Positions 12,075 to 25,373 of a stretch of 64,000 nucleotides of DNA are shown one piece after another; positions within the stretch are counted from its first letter, which is position 1, and each line of letters opens with the position of its first letter. The notes under the pieces were generated by a model. The model was not told the DNA's origin. It saw only the letters and a program-made list of their open reading frames with translations, and ran no database searches. The position numbers and the translations under genes were made by a program. This stretch comes from Laetmonice hystrix (lineage: Eukaryota). The DNA lies in assembly GCA_965235115.1 (NCBI GenBank), contig OZ249436.1, positions 9,736,001 through 9,800,000 on the forward strand. Reading direction: 5' to 3'.

Positions 12075-15000
12075 TATATTGTACATACAGTATGATACTG
12101 ATATACCGGTTAGCCCCTGTGTGAGCCAGGGGGCAGAGTATGCGAGTATGTGCACTACATACCTGGTCATCATTATGATTACCGTATACCTCCTCATAAC
12201 CAACTTATGGACAAAAAGGTTTTGGCCTAGGACATTACCCATTCGCATTGGGAATTCTCACGTTAAAATAAAATATTGGTTCCACACAGAGTTTAAACAA
12301 TATTAGCAGCCCAGACATAACTCTCAGCCAATATATTTACGTAAAGTTAAAGACGCGAGAGAACTGCTAAAGACCTCTCTCAAAAAGCAAATTCACGTAT
12401 GCAGAACGTAGAAAACGCTATACTGAAAACCTGTCACCTGTTGAAGATCAGAGTGGTGAACTTACGGTAACTGTGTATGAAAGTGAACAGCTGTTAACCG
12501 CGCCACTACACCTGCATTCAGGCAGTCATAGGTCATATCATCATCAACAGTGGTCCCTAACCAAACAGCCAACGTTATTAGGAACAGATAGCCGAGCTCT
12601 CTTGTTGTACACCGGTTGTGCTTACTTCCTGAATCATTTATAAACCGCCCCTATCCCTATCAGAGGAAACAAAATATCATACAAGCTATATCCTACAATG
12701 CCCTATTGCGTTGGCAAGCAAACCTTGCAAGGTTATTCCGGTGATTAATATAAAAAGTCACCCTGACATTTCACCGTTGTATGTTTCTGACTGGATATGT
12801 TTTCTCCATTAACCTGGGATGGTGAGGTCAAGGTAATCAAGCAGGAATATGTGGCCATTATCCCTCCCACTGCCCACCTCTCTATCCCGGGGCTTCCATT
12901 AGCTCGGCCCAAACAGCCCACACCACGAACTCTCACACCTATCCTCACAACAACACACTCCCTATCCATAATACTGCAGTTTTTTTCTACCACCTTCATC
13001 TGTGAATGAAACGAAAGGGCCGCCAGGTCACCTGACAACGTCGGTGATTCAGGTCAGTGTCCATAGCAACAGTGACTGAGCTCGTGACTGAAGTATGAAC
13101 CAGCGTTAAGAGCCGGTATTGGAAACCTAATCAAAATATCAATTGTAAACTTTGTTATACCAACATATTTTACAATAAACTATTAATTAAAGGTAGACTT
13201 TCCAAAGCGAGCTCTATACAGTGAGTGGCTACTTAACATTCCTGCTGGGTGACTAGCCACTGCTATGCTAATATTGACCCACAACTGATTCTTTGAAATC
13301 CAAAAAGATCCCGTGCCCGGGAGTGACCCTTGAAAACGCCATTCTCTACTAAAATAGCCTTTTAAACACACTTGAGTCAAGAACCATGAAACAGGCTCAC
13401 ACTGAGGTCAATTTAGTGATATAGCATGCGCCAAAGTTCTCACTTTCCAAATTGGGAATATGATGTATAGGGCTGAATAGCTTCCAAATACATTAAGTAC
13501 TGCAAGTTAAGTCAAAAAGTGTAGTTTTAAGAAGCACTTCTTGGGCACCTCATTTAACATGAATTTGCTATCTCAAACTGCATGGGTCCCGTATAATACA
13601 AAGTCTGAGCAAATACAGTCTGCTTGCACGCCACATTACAGACGAAACCTCACCACAAAATGTATCATAATACGGTAACCACAACTATTGTATCTTCCTC
13701 AGTCAGGAAGTCATCAAATACCAGGAATACTATTCTCAAATACTCATACACAGTTTCACTGTCATTTTGACCTGTTGAAGAGTCACAGAGCCAGTCCTGA
13801 CCATGACAACATTCTTGACTTGGCATACAATATATCACCACATGACTTCCATAGGACAACGCACCGAACTTAACTAAATGGGGAATGTTTTTGAAATAGA
13901 AAAATTCAATCATGGCTACATATTTCTGGATGGAAATGATACACGGTCAGTCAGTATTATGCTGGGCCTCCACTCATCATGCTGAATGTGTTATTCCATG
14001 AAGCCATGGTGGCAGGGCTGTCTCCTTGTGCTATATTTACACGCACACATCCACACACAGGTCCCCCACCTGTTACCTACCGGACAAACACGGCATCAAC
14101 TCACCGGCCTGCTGCTCGTACACCGGCTTACTGACAGATCTACCAGCCATCTTCTCCACTGTTGTCTCTTCACACCAGTACAATATCAGCCAGCCAGCTC
14201 CTCATTCATCATCATCCATCTTTCTAATCTCAGGTTGAATCAGTCACTCGCTAATCGTTTCACGCCCCTCCCTCCGACTGAAGAAATGGACCACCGCCAC
14301 ACCTACAGCGTAATCTTAATAAACAGTTGGTGGTACTTTTTCATCACTGATTGCTAGGCGCGCCACATTTCAAGAGGTCTTGTTGTGCACAAAGCTTGAA
14401 TCACCACAGGATCAACTGTGCCTTCATCCCTTGACTCAATGACCCCTAAGCCGTGTATACTAAATGTTCCGCCACATGATGTGAGCATGCCGCCCTGTAA
14501 TATCATGTCAGGGTGGAGAGCTATATTAGTAGGACAGTAACCAGACATAGCTGGCTACCTTGAAGACCACAACCCCGCTACTGGAGCATTCATATTATCA
14601 GGCAGTGCCCTCATCTCCATGGCTATGCCTGGTACATAAAGGCCAAACTAAAGTATCTATATGCACAATCGACTTTTCAAAAATCAAGTTTGGTTTCTTC
14701 CTTGCCATTTGTTCCTAAATGATTTTCTTTCAAAGACGACCTATATATATCTTAATATTTCCTTTGAACTACGGTTATTCACAAAATGGTTAAATGTGCA
14801 GAAGTGAATCCAATGAACACGGCGAAATTAAAGACTGTTACTATATAGACTCCATCCTTGATATTTTCTAAGGGCGACATGTCATTATGATTAATAAGCA
14901 GTCATAGAAGCAGTCAAGAGCATGTACATTCAGCCTCTGCCTTGAGGGAGAATCCTTCCGCATGGATGATCTATCCAAATAACGAGGTCACACATATATC

Positions 15001-17118
15001 ATGGAGCCAAGTACTTCTTTCTTGTTTGACCTCTCCGGTCTACGAAGCATGAAATCTTCACTTTGTGGTTAAATGAGACACCTAACGTGAGACTCGCTGC
15101 TACACCTAACAACATCGAGTCTGTCAACAAGTGAACGGTTCAGTCAAACGGTTTGGCTTTTCTTTCTGCTTTAATTACAATGCGATTAATAAATACAGGA
15201 ATGACACGGTCTAGATGGAATGCCCTCTTCTCACCTTTTTTTTTATTACTGAAAAGCCTGTCCCACTTACACATTGCCAGTCCTTTACCATTTATGGTAA
15301 TATAACGATGACGGCCTGGAGTCATTCCAAAATTGCCAGCCCCTTTTGTAATCTCTCGACACAGCATGCTTGTTACATATACCACCTGGCTCATTACCCT
15401 TTATACTGAGGCTATAATCGGTCAGAATCTACAGAAGTCATCAATCTCTCTGTGACCGCCCTTTACTTCTCAATTCATCCAGGTAACTCACAACCTAAAC
15501 TTGGCAGCAGTTTAAACACATCATCCTGAGATACTTCAATAATCATAGTTTATGTTTACAGCATTCCTGTTGATTCAGTTGCCCCTAACATGTTCTCCCT
15601 TACACGCACCGAATGCCTTCTGAAGGAATACGAGCACCAGGAGTTGTAAGTGGTTTGTGCCGGGCTGCCATCTGGCCAGCAAACCTACAAATGGGTGTTC
15701 AGGTCTACATGGGAACGGGACTTGGGTACACTGGTCTGCTGACTCGATGCCAGAGACGTTGTTGCCTGATAACAGCGGGCAGAGACACGGGACTATGTTT
15801 AGTTTCTCAGCCAGGTCGTCAGAGCAGAAGCCGAGTCATATTGGCAGCGAGCCGGGGAGGAGGAGGAGGAGGAGGAGGGGTAAGGGAGGAGAGGTAGGGG
15901 AGTAGAGGGCGGCCTGCCGGCGCCTGTTTGGCCACCTGCCCCAATGCCTGGCCTACATATACCAGGGGACGTAGGTAAACCACTTGTTGACGGTGGGGTT
16001 CCCGCCAGTTGTCACTGTTTGTTTGTTCCCTGTTCACATTACGGTCCGTTAACAACTTGCCGCTCAATTCAAAATTCATAACCTGCTATATGGGTTATAA
16101 CCTGCTATATGGGTTAAGGTGCTCACTGCAACCGGCGGGGTGGAAATATCTGGAGCTGAGGATATGGCGGCAACTAAGTCCTAGACGTAAAAATCACAAA
16201 ACAATTATTTACCTCACTTCAGATAATTGAAGAAGATTGAACACAAATAACAGTTCCATGCATTACCACTGGTTATATTAATCATCCCTAAAATCAAATT
16301 TGCACTATGCTTATCTCATTATCACAACTGCCGCTACATATTTACATTAAAAAAAAGTTATTTTTCGGCTGTTCTTTCTCCTCTTAAATTTTGGAATGCT
16401 TTAGCAGGGAAATTTCTATATGGAATGTGCCTTTCCATAGCCCCAATCATTTCGTTTGGTTTTATTCTTGTTAAATACAAAACTAATCTTTACCTTTTAT
16501 GACCATCAGAAGGATAGTTCACCTTAGAGATTATCTCAGACTTTTACTCCATGCGTTTCTCCATTACTGCCCGGAGCTAAGACCAGGCTGGAGACTGAAG
16601 TATTAGGAAGGATAAAGAGGCCCAGACAGTGCCCCACAAGGACCCAGTAAGCTTTCAACCACCGCATACCATTCTTGACATTCCACCCTTCTAAGTGCCA
16701 AAGGGCCAAGTCAGTTCATAAACATCATATATCTGGTGAACTGCCAGGTCTGACAATGGATCATGGCAAGCCGTGCAGTTTGATCCCATAAAATAACCCT
16801 CACCTAACCGCTACGAACAGTTTGTCCTGACGTCTTTCATAGGACCACTTACCCCCTATTTAACCTGGACTTAGGGGACCGATCCAGTTCGGTGCCAAGC
16901 GTTCTGTAGCTTTCATCTGAACGTCCTAAGTATGGTGCGTCTTGAACTCTCCTAAATGACAATATTAAGCGACTTTCCAATGATGCTGGTGATATTTTGA
17001 GATTTAAGTGAACGCCATGTCGACACCTTCCTGTGAAGAGCTAGGTACCATCCAACAGACTGCGCCAAGCAAGTTTTACATGAAGTCCTCTCAAGACTTC
17101 ACTTTTTATATACATCCT

Positions 17119-17818
17119 CAGTGTTCTCCACGAGGCTCCAAGGTCGGGCGGGCCGCCCGACCTTGGTCACGACCGCCCGACCTTGGCGGCCGACCGCCCG
17201 ACCTTAAAATCCATTCCAATCGTCTAAACTCGCTTATCCCAGTAGCAATGAATCATACTCTTACTGGGCCTTAGTCTTAGAGCTAGTTAAAATTACTTAA
17301 ATAACGATTTGACACAGCCAAACTACGTCGCACTCGCCGTCTGACCAACCCAGGCCCCCTACGTTAAGTGGAATCGCCCACCGCACAGTGACTGGGGACA
17401 GCCCATTCTATGCTGTAAGGGTTGGTGAGCAGCGTAGCCGTAGCAACGACCGGGTCGGCCACTGTGTTCTACCGCTGATCTATCGAGCTGGGGGCATTTG
17501 GAATCATCCTGGGCGTAAAGTGTAAAAAAATTAAGTAAAATTAGCTCTTCGTTGTGGCATACTGTTCTGGCTCAGGATTATAACCATGGTTTTCTGAACT
17601 TGGTCAGTTAAAAATAGGCGATTGGGGTGCCTTCCGAGAGCAGTCATTTTCTCTCCCAGATGCCGGGAAATCGCATCTCCGGGCTTCTACAGTTCAAAAT
17701 TTTCTGGGGGAGGACCCCCAGACCCCCCCCCCCCAACCAAACGGCGCTCGCCTCTCGCGCCTTTGGTGCTCCTCACATCGGGCCGCCCGACCTTGGCCCG
17801 ACCCTGTGGAGAACACTG
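17119..17818. mobile_element. Non-autonomous hAT-like DNA transposon with 5-bp TSD
   Basis: TIR CAGTGTTCTCCAC/GTGGAGAACACTG. ATCCT duplicated at 17114-17118 and 17819-17823. Subterminal cgcccgacctt repeats. Confidence 0.85.
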
Positions 17819-18944
17819 ATCCTATACTTACACTTGATAATAAAAAAACCTTGCAAAAAATATCTGTTCGGAAGTTAAAATTAGTAATACGCACTCGATG
17901 ATCTTTCTTGCCTATCCACACTTACGACTCACCAGTGGACCAGTCAGGCATACATACCAACTCACTTCCTGTAACCCACAACTACAAGGGCACCTCTTAG
18001 TAACTAAGTGTGGACAAATTCCAAGAAGCGGGTGTGAGATACAGCCATCAAAACACGACATTTCTGACATTCTTGGCAATAGGCAACGACATCATTGCTG
18101 CCATCTTCTAAAATGGCTCGACTACATCAACTGGCATCTCTCTTCTATTCAAGTGCATATATATATACTATAGCCGCTCCATGTCTTGACTGTTTGCTTT
18201 TCTAAACTAAAAGCCAACAACTTTCAAACTGCGCATTTTTCTGTTCATTTATGTTTTTTGAGAGCCTGTAATTATGGCATAAATGTTTGAGTCAAAATGT
18301 TATACTTTTACCCACTCAGCCTTAAGACTGATTGAGCTCCATTGCAGCAGCATGAAGAGGAATATGGCAATCACATAAACTCAAGACTTTTCAAGCACAA
18401 TACGTCGAAACAACTGCTCCAGGAGAAATGGGACCGGCATGTACGACTCAAGAAGAATAGATTGAGTAGAACAGAAACATTTGCTCCAATAATAAAAGCC
18501 ATAAGGCCAGGGCTAGAGGTCGACCCCTGCCAGGGCTCTGAGTTATGCCATCTACCTGCAAGGTAACGTCCCGACATCTTCTCCTGCAAGGTTATCCTCT
18601 ATGTTTACCACGTATGAAAAACGACAACAACCGAGCCAGGCATCCACTCACTCCCCCAGGTCAGCCGCCATTCGTAGACTGTTACTGGGGTCATGGTTTA
18701 CACGTTGGCACGACAACCCTGGTGGCATCTCTTTCACACTTGCCCCCTTCCTGGCAGCCACCTAGCGGACCCGTTGTAAACACGACCCTCACCGCCATCC
18801 CCTCCTACTGATATACGTGTATATATGCATCCCTACAATTGTCTGACTCTATCACTACCACCACGCCAGACACAGGCTGAGAGCCGCCTTAGGGAGAACA
18901 AAAACTGACACGTAGCAACCAGCAAATTATACTTGATTACTACA

Positions 18945-21900
18945 CGCCTATATCACAATCAAGGTCAAAAAAACGAATTTATAGTGTTACAAACTAATTT
19001 TGAAATGTTCCCTATACTTTCTGATTAATTTATGTCTCCAATAGATTCATCATTAACAGGGCTTCAAAATAAAAAAAGAATGATGAAAATCGGACCATAA
19101 ATAAAAAAGTTGTAGTATTTAGAACACTAATTATGAGCTTAATTTTCATGTTACGGCGGGGTCAAAAGAAAAATGCACCAAGTTTAAAACCCAGGAAATT
19201 ATATTTCTTGCCCCATATGTATACCTGTAATTGATTAATCTTATTCTAGTTGTGCTTTCTAGTTATTTTTTTAGGAATGTCACATAAAGAAAAAAACTAT
19301 TGTATTGACAAGTGGCCAATGAAGAACAGATGGCCTTTGTTACGAAAATTTACATTTTGAAGCAGATTTATATAAAAAGTGTTCTGGGTATAACATAACT
19401 GAAGATTTTACTTCAATTATACAGTTAAAATATTGTAAAGAAGTCAGGAATATAGCAAAACCTAAGATAATGATATAGTATTGGATTTTGTTCGATATGA
19501 ATATTGCCCGATCAGAGGTAAAATCTTGTCCGAAAAATCTTGTAGTGTACGTACCCCACTCACAGAATATAATATAAACAATGTACAACTGTTATTGACA
19601 TATCACCACATAGGCCTTGGTACTGTCATTACTCCCTTGAATTATTGTTGATGTGATCGCATTATTTGATTCTCAAGCACATGACAAGTGTCTGGGTGTA
19701 GTGTACGTACCCCCTGTAGTGTACGTACCCCCCATTATCATACAAGAAGCCAAACTGATTCTATAAATAAAATACTGGTGCTTATTACAGGGAAAAATGT
19801 TCAAAGGATGATTTACTGTCTAGTTATAACTTCCTAAAAGAAAAGCAGCACACAGTGAGCCTTGATGAATCTGATTTTTAATAATCGTCATCTTTGCTGG
19901 GTGGGGGTACGTACACTACTCGGAGATGCCACTTTTTGGTCCAGAATTTCTTTTTTTAATTGTAAGGAAACATTTCAGGTTTAATTAAGTCTGATCTTTT
20001 TTTATATATATGAGATCCTTTTATTTATTACCTTATATTTAATTAGTCACTTAGCCAATCTCTCATGCAATATTCCCTCCCTGACTCTATTATGCAAACT
20101 ATCTCATCCCATTTGCTACTCAGTCAGCCTACCCGATACAGGACCCTGTCACTGGCAGGCTGCTTAGCTCAGTGCCTTCAGGGTCAGTCTTTCGCCCCAA
20201 CCTTAAAGCATAGAACTGGACAGCAGGGTCAGTCTAGTTCTATACTCAAAGTAATCTTGAAATTGATTATTACTGGTAGCTTGTTGATACTTATTGGCTG
20301 AAATTTGTTCAGCTCTTTCAGCTGGCCAAAGCCCAGGGCAAGGCTTTACAGAGGTGGCAAACAGACTGAAACAGTGCCAGTGGTATTGTTAGTGAAGTCA
20401 CAATAGGGATAGTACAACTGTGTCATCACAATACCATTATGACACTGACAAATTGCACTGACAGATACGTTTTCTATCACACTCTGTCAGACGTTCCTGC
20501 TGTGACTCTAATCCATTTTTTAAACATCGATTATTTGTAGTTTAGCCCAAACCATCACTTTAAGATGGCAATGCTTTTCCTACTCATGGTTACTTCAAAT
20601 CATGTAATTTCAAAAACAATTTAAGGTCAGTGACGTAGGAGGGGGGAGCAGGTGGGTCCACCTTTTAAATGCACCGAAATCACCCCAGAGAAATACCGAA
20701 ATCTAACCTAAATACGGAAATTACATTGAGAAATACCGAAATCCAATCTAAATACCGAAACCACCATTGAGAAATACCGAAATCCAACCTAAATACCGAA
20801 ACCACCGTTGAGAAATACCGAAATCCAATCTAATACTGAAACCGTTGAGAAATACCAAAATCCAACCGAAATACTGAAATCACCATTGAGAAATACCAAA
20901 ATCCAACCTAAATACTGAAACCGTTGAGAAATACCAAAATCCAACCGAAATACTGAAATCACCATTGAGAAATACCAAAATCCAACTTAAATATCGAAAT
21001 CACCCCAGAGAAATACCGAAATCCACTCTAAATACTGAAATCCTCCCCCAGAAATACCAAAATCCAACCAAAATGCCGAAATCACCTTTGAGAAATACCG
21101 AAATCCAACCTAAATACCGAAATCATGAATTTTACCAAGGCACTGACTGTTTGGCAGGCTGTAACTTTTTTTTTAATTTGGCGACCCCCAATTTTTTTTG
21201 TTTTAAACTATTAGTCCTGATCCTCTTTGTCTTGTCAGTGAGTTCCAGGAGAAAATCAGTGGTCGTTTTTTAACTATTTGTCAAAATGTCTGAAAAATCT
21301 CGTTTTTCCCATTGAAACCTATAGTAAAGACCCATTTTTTATGGAGGCCTGTATAAAAAAATCTAATTCGGTGACATGTGATTTTTTTGTTTCTTTGTAC
21401 TTTTAGGGACAAAGGCTATCCCCCATAAAAATATTTTGAAAATTCTAGTGGTCGATTCGAACACTCACATTTCTCTTTAAATAAAGTAATACCAACAATA
21501 CACACTGTAGTGTACGTACCCCCAATAGACTCAATTGTAGTATGAGTAATAGTATTGACTCAAGTTTTCAGTACTAGTACTGACAAGAGATGTAACTTAC
21601 ATTTATGGTTTTCTCTGTATAACACAGGTTTATACTTTGTTTAAATGACATTATTTTATATGTAGACTGAACGTTTCAAGTATTGAGTTGTTTGAAACTA
21701 ATAAATTAGAAACGAGTTCAATGATGCGAATGATGAGAATGATGAGAATATTATCATCTTAAGAACAGCTGTTGTGAATTATGTTTTAAATGGCCTGCAC
21801 ATATTTAAGCACTGTAAATTGAATAACCTCATGCCAAAATTACCAAGGTATCTGCTATATTTTGTTTATATATGGATATTAATGTATATAGATGTAGTGT

Positions 21901-22094
21901 ACGTACCCCCTCCCAAACATTACTATGCTTTCCCTGCCCTATCTCGGCCCACCAATGTTCTTGTGCTCTGAAATTTTACACTGGTCACCCCAAGATACTT
22001 CTTATTATGACAAGAGTGTTCAAAAAGTTCCAATTCAATTTTCATTTTCGACCTGAAGTGACCCCTATTTTGGACCTTGATTGTGATATAGGCG
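18945..22094. mobile_element. 3.15-kb non-autonomous TIR DNA transposon (superfamily uncertain; 4-bp TSD TACA)
   Basis: TIR CGCCTATATCACAATCAAGGTC(a/c)AAAA at both ends. TACA at 18941-18944 and 22095-22098. AT-rich interior without a transposase ORF. Confidence 0.8.
20670..21125. repeat. Tandem array of AAATACCGAAAT-containing ~20/41-bp units nested in the 3.15-kb element
   Basis: About 20 recurrences of aaatacc/tgaaa(t/c) with alternating linkers. Confidence 0.85.
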
Positions 22095-22459
22095 TACAGG
22101 ACTTCCAATACCTTCAAGTGAAAACATCTTCATATTTCCTAAGTGCCTTTTCCCGCTAAGTGAATCGCATACAAATCCTGAGGCCACTTTAAATAATTCC
22201 AGATTATTTAATCGCGTGAATGAGGCAGGATGGCATTATCTCCTCCCAGTTCACCTCGACCTTGGAAAATTTTCATATCCTCAACTTTACATACGAATCC
22301 CTGTCAGACGGTACGAACAGACAGTTTCGAATGTTTTTTTTTTTTCATTCCTTTATTTATAATGGGAAGTTTTCGGTACATATATGTGATACCGGTTTTC
22401 AAAACTGCCCAGTCCCAAAAAGCTACCATTAATCAACTTTACAAAGTATAATTTCTTTT

Positions 22460-22618
22460 TGAGACTCATTGTAAAAATTTAGAAACTTAACCCAACATCT
22501 GTTTTTTAAAATGTCATTTATTTTCCACGGGCCCGTATTATAAATACGGGCCAGAGGAAAATGAATGACATTCAAACAGATGCTGGGTTAAATTTCTAAA
22601 CTTTTACAATGAGTCTCA
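22460..22618. mobile_element. Fold-back MITE (near-complete palindrome, ~75-bp arms)
   Basis: tgagactcattgtaaaa...ggcccgtatt|ata|aatacgggcc...ttttacaatgagtctca. Confidence 0.8.
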
Positions 22619-23509
22619 TTTCATCTGCAGACACATTTAATAGGAGTTATGGAGAATGTATGAGACAGCGACCACTCTCTGCTTACAGAGAACATCCCAG
22701 CGTACTGGGTTTCAATCGTGGAACCACTATCCCTCAACCAGTACACCTTGCTATCTCTGGAGACCTGACTCAAGAGAAGTACTGCAGCCTCGGGAGGTAG
22801 TCGACTTCCTGTATCTACTCCAGCAGATTCTTTAATGGAAAAAGATATCGTGGTTTATCGTCAGAAAAAATTTCAAGAATCTTCTGGCGCCCTCAGAATG
22901 TATAGCGTCGACCTTGGGCCTTCATGTACCAGTGAGAGCTGGTGATACAACGATCCCAGAAATATACGGGTCTGGTGGCTAATACTTGTGATTGTTATCA
23001 AGAAATGAAGGACCGTGAGCATATTTTGGTGGCACTCGGTGGGTCTCCGTGTGTACCACCGATGTGGGTCGGGTGACGTGCTGTACATGGCCGGCTGGAT
23101 CCTGGGGGACATTGCTTCCTTTCATCGCCCCATCCCGTCACACATCTGGTTGGTGGTGGCGGTCTGAAGTCTCCCATCGCCTCTATGTGGGACAGGATGC
23201 TGAACTCTATCTGTGAGTCTGTACTGCTAAACTTCGTGCTGCTCTACAAACTGGGATGGTCGGTGGCCACTTGTCAGAAGTCATGCCTTCACACCCGTAC
23301 GTCAGGGCGTAGTTTGAATGTTTCCACCTCAACCCGACCCCTTCATCTATCTCAGCGGGAAAGTCCATTGGGAATCCGTAGAATGTTTTCTCATACTGAC
23401 CACGCCCGACCGCCGCCGGTCTGTAGGGCTCATCAATCAGTACCCAATGCCGTTCTCAAGGTGAAATATTCCCTGACTGTACACAGTCAAGATCGCCATA
23501 CATATCTGC

Positions 23510-23857
23510 TTTGTTAAAAATACCTCAAAATTCAAATCGACATGTGTTCCATATACATGGGTTCTACAATATTTTATACCCGTAAAACCCCTTTCAGAAG
23601 GCACAAACATCACTGAGGTTATGGTACAGACATGCAGTTTGATCAAAGACGAGTCGTGTCAATTAAGCCTGTTTGTCCATCCAGGAGGCGGTACTGTGGG
23701 GAACCAAGGGATGCTGTGAAGGCGGTCCCCCTTGGAGAAAGTATAGAACGTTAATCACCTTTACATGTCTGCTTGTTATATCCACGGTAAGTTGAAAAAA
23801 AACATGCCTTTGATCCAATAAAAAGGAAAATGGAAAGTTGCTGAACATTGCACATCT
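23510..23857. repeat. Dispersed repeat copy A (paired with 27272-27604)
   Basis: Long shared blocks such as aatcgacatgtgttccatatacatgggttctac and ggaaagttgctgaacattgcacatct. Confidence 0.85.
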
Positions 23858-25345
23858 TCTTATTTATCATCACCTGTAAATTCCTTCTTCATGTCAGCTT
23901 TCTTATAGATCTCTCCGGTATACCTCAGATTATCAAACTGTGGCAAATGAGAAAAAGGTTTATTGATCTTTCAAGATGCGCAAAAGTCGAGTGAGGCCTA
24001 ACATGTGAGACGGGCACATAGAGTTCTTGGATTTAGGTTATTTATGTTTAGCTGTTGATGATTAATGTTTATTTAAGTGTGTGTGTGGGGGGGGGGGGGT
24101 TGAATCAGTGAAGCTCAGCCCTTTCCTCCCCCCTTCTCCCCTCCCCAGTGTAACCTGTGTCTCCAGACAGTAGCCAGACATCTTTCTATGTCAGGGTCTC
24201 CTGTAAGCCTTTGATCCACACAGGGGTCATATCCCAGACACCCGTACCATGGAGAGAACCAGTTTATTATCAGACCACACAAAGGATTCATTCCTGTACC
24301 AGGCCAGTTTATTATCTGACCCAACACACCTGAATCCTCATTGCTCGATCTTGAGTCATCAAAAGCGGACTTTATAACAGTCCCGATTGTGGCCTCTACC
24401 GACACGTCAATAGTCGGCCTGGTAAACCAGTCGTACACACCTGTTAGGAAGTATCTGATTTAACAAAGCACCCATCAACCTTTCATTGACCTAGTGGTGA
24501 TCCAAGGGGCAGTGATTCCCAGAGGGGTCTGCCGGGGCATCACCATGCTAAACGTCCTACCCGTTTATCCGGGCAGTTCCGGCTTACTCAGTAGAAAGGC
24601 ATCCCAGCGGGTAACCCGCGCACACCAATACTGGGACCTCTCAATAGATGTTCATACACCGACCGACCCGCTTAGATAGAGCAGAGTTATAGTCTAACAT
24701 TATGTGCCTACTGCAGCCGGCTGCAACCCCCTGTGGATCCATCATACAGCCCGTCATGCAAGGGTACTTAGCCAACCTGCAATCTTCTCTAATATATCCC
24801 TGCCCCCAAATATTTACCTGTGGTGCATTAAGTATCAATGGTTCTAGCTATCCCTCTGCACCCCCTCCTCCACGGTCCACTGAAGAAACACAGTGGTCTT
24901 GTGTCGGGTTACAACATATCTGTGTCTCTAAGGATTCAGTTGAAAAGCTGCTGTCGAGACTGAATAGCACACTATTGTCGTGTCCATAAGGCAACGTTAC
25001 CAAACTATAGCTACCGTATCAAACATCATATTAAAATCTTGAAGATTCAATCTGTAATTTCAATATAAATTTTCTAGTTTTAATCCCACCTGATTTTGAA
25101 ATATTATTGAGTTTTATTCCCTGGTTATCAATCTGCTTACTTATTATAAAAGACTAAGAACTGGAGTGCCTCAAAAAATGACCCGAGTATGAAAACTACT
25201 ATGACTGAAAGTGATCGTGACATAAGAATTCCCTCCCCTACTAACTTTTCAATACCCAGCACTTGGTTAATACTTAAATACAGACAATGGAAAGTTTGCA
25301 TTTATTCTTCATGTTCGTGATAATGAAAAACAAGCTTCCACTTAC

Positions 25346-25373
25346 GTGCACAGAATGGACTGGTCTTCCCGAT
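25346..25373 (-). CDS. zip (MYH9/MYH10-like): Non-muscle myosin II heavy chain, 28-nt microexon (DREDQSILCT)
   Basis: cttgcag|AT CGG GAA GAC CAG TCC ATT CTG TGC AC|gtaagt. Phases 1 and 2 join the flanking exons exactly and supply the conserved pre-P-loop peptide. Confidence 0.96.

Noticed and set aside
16700..18140. Possible decayed CR1/L2 LINE 3' fragments flanking the hAT-like element
   Set aside because: Only faint peptide echoes with stops and frameshifts; cannot be supported without a profile search.
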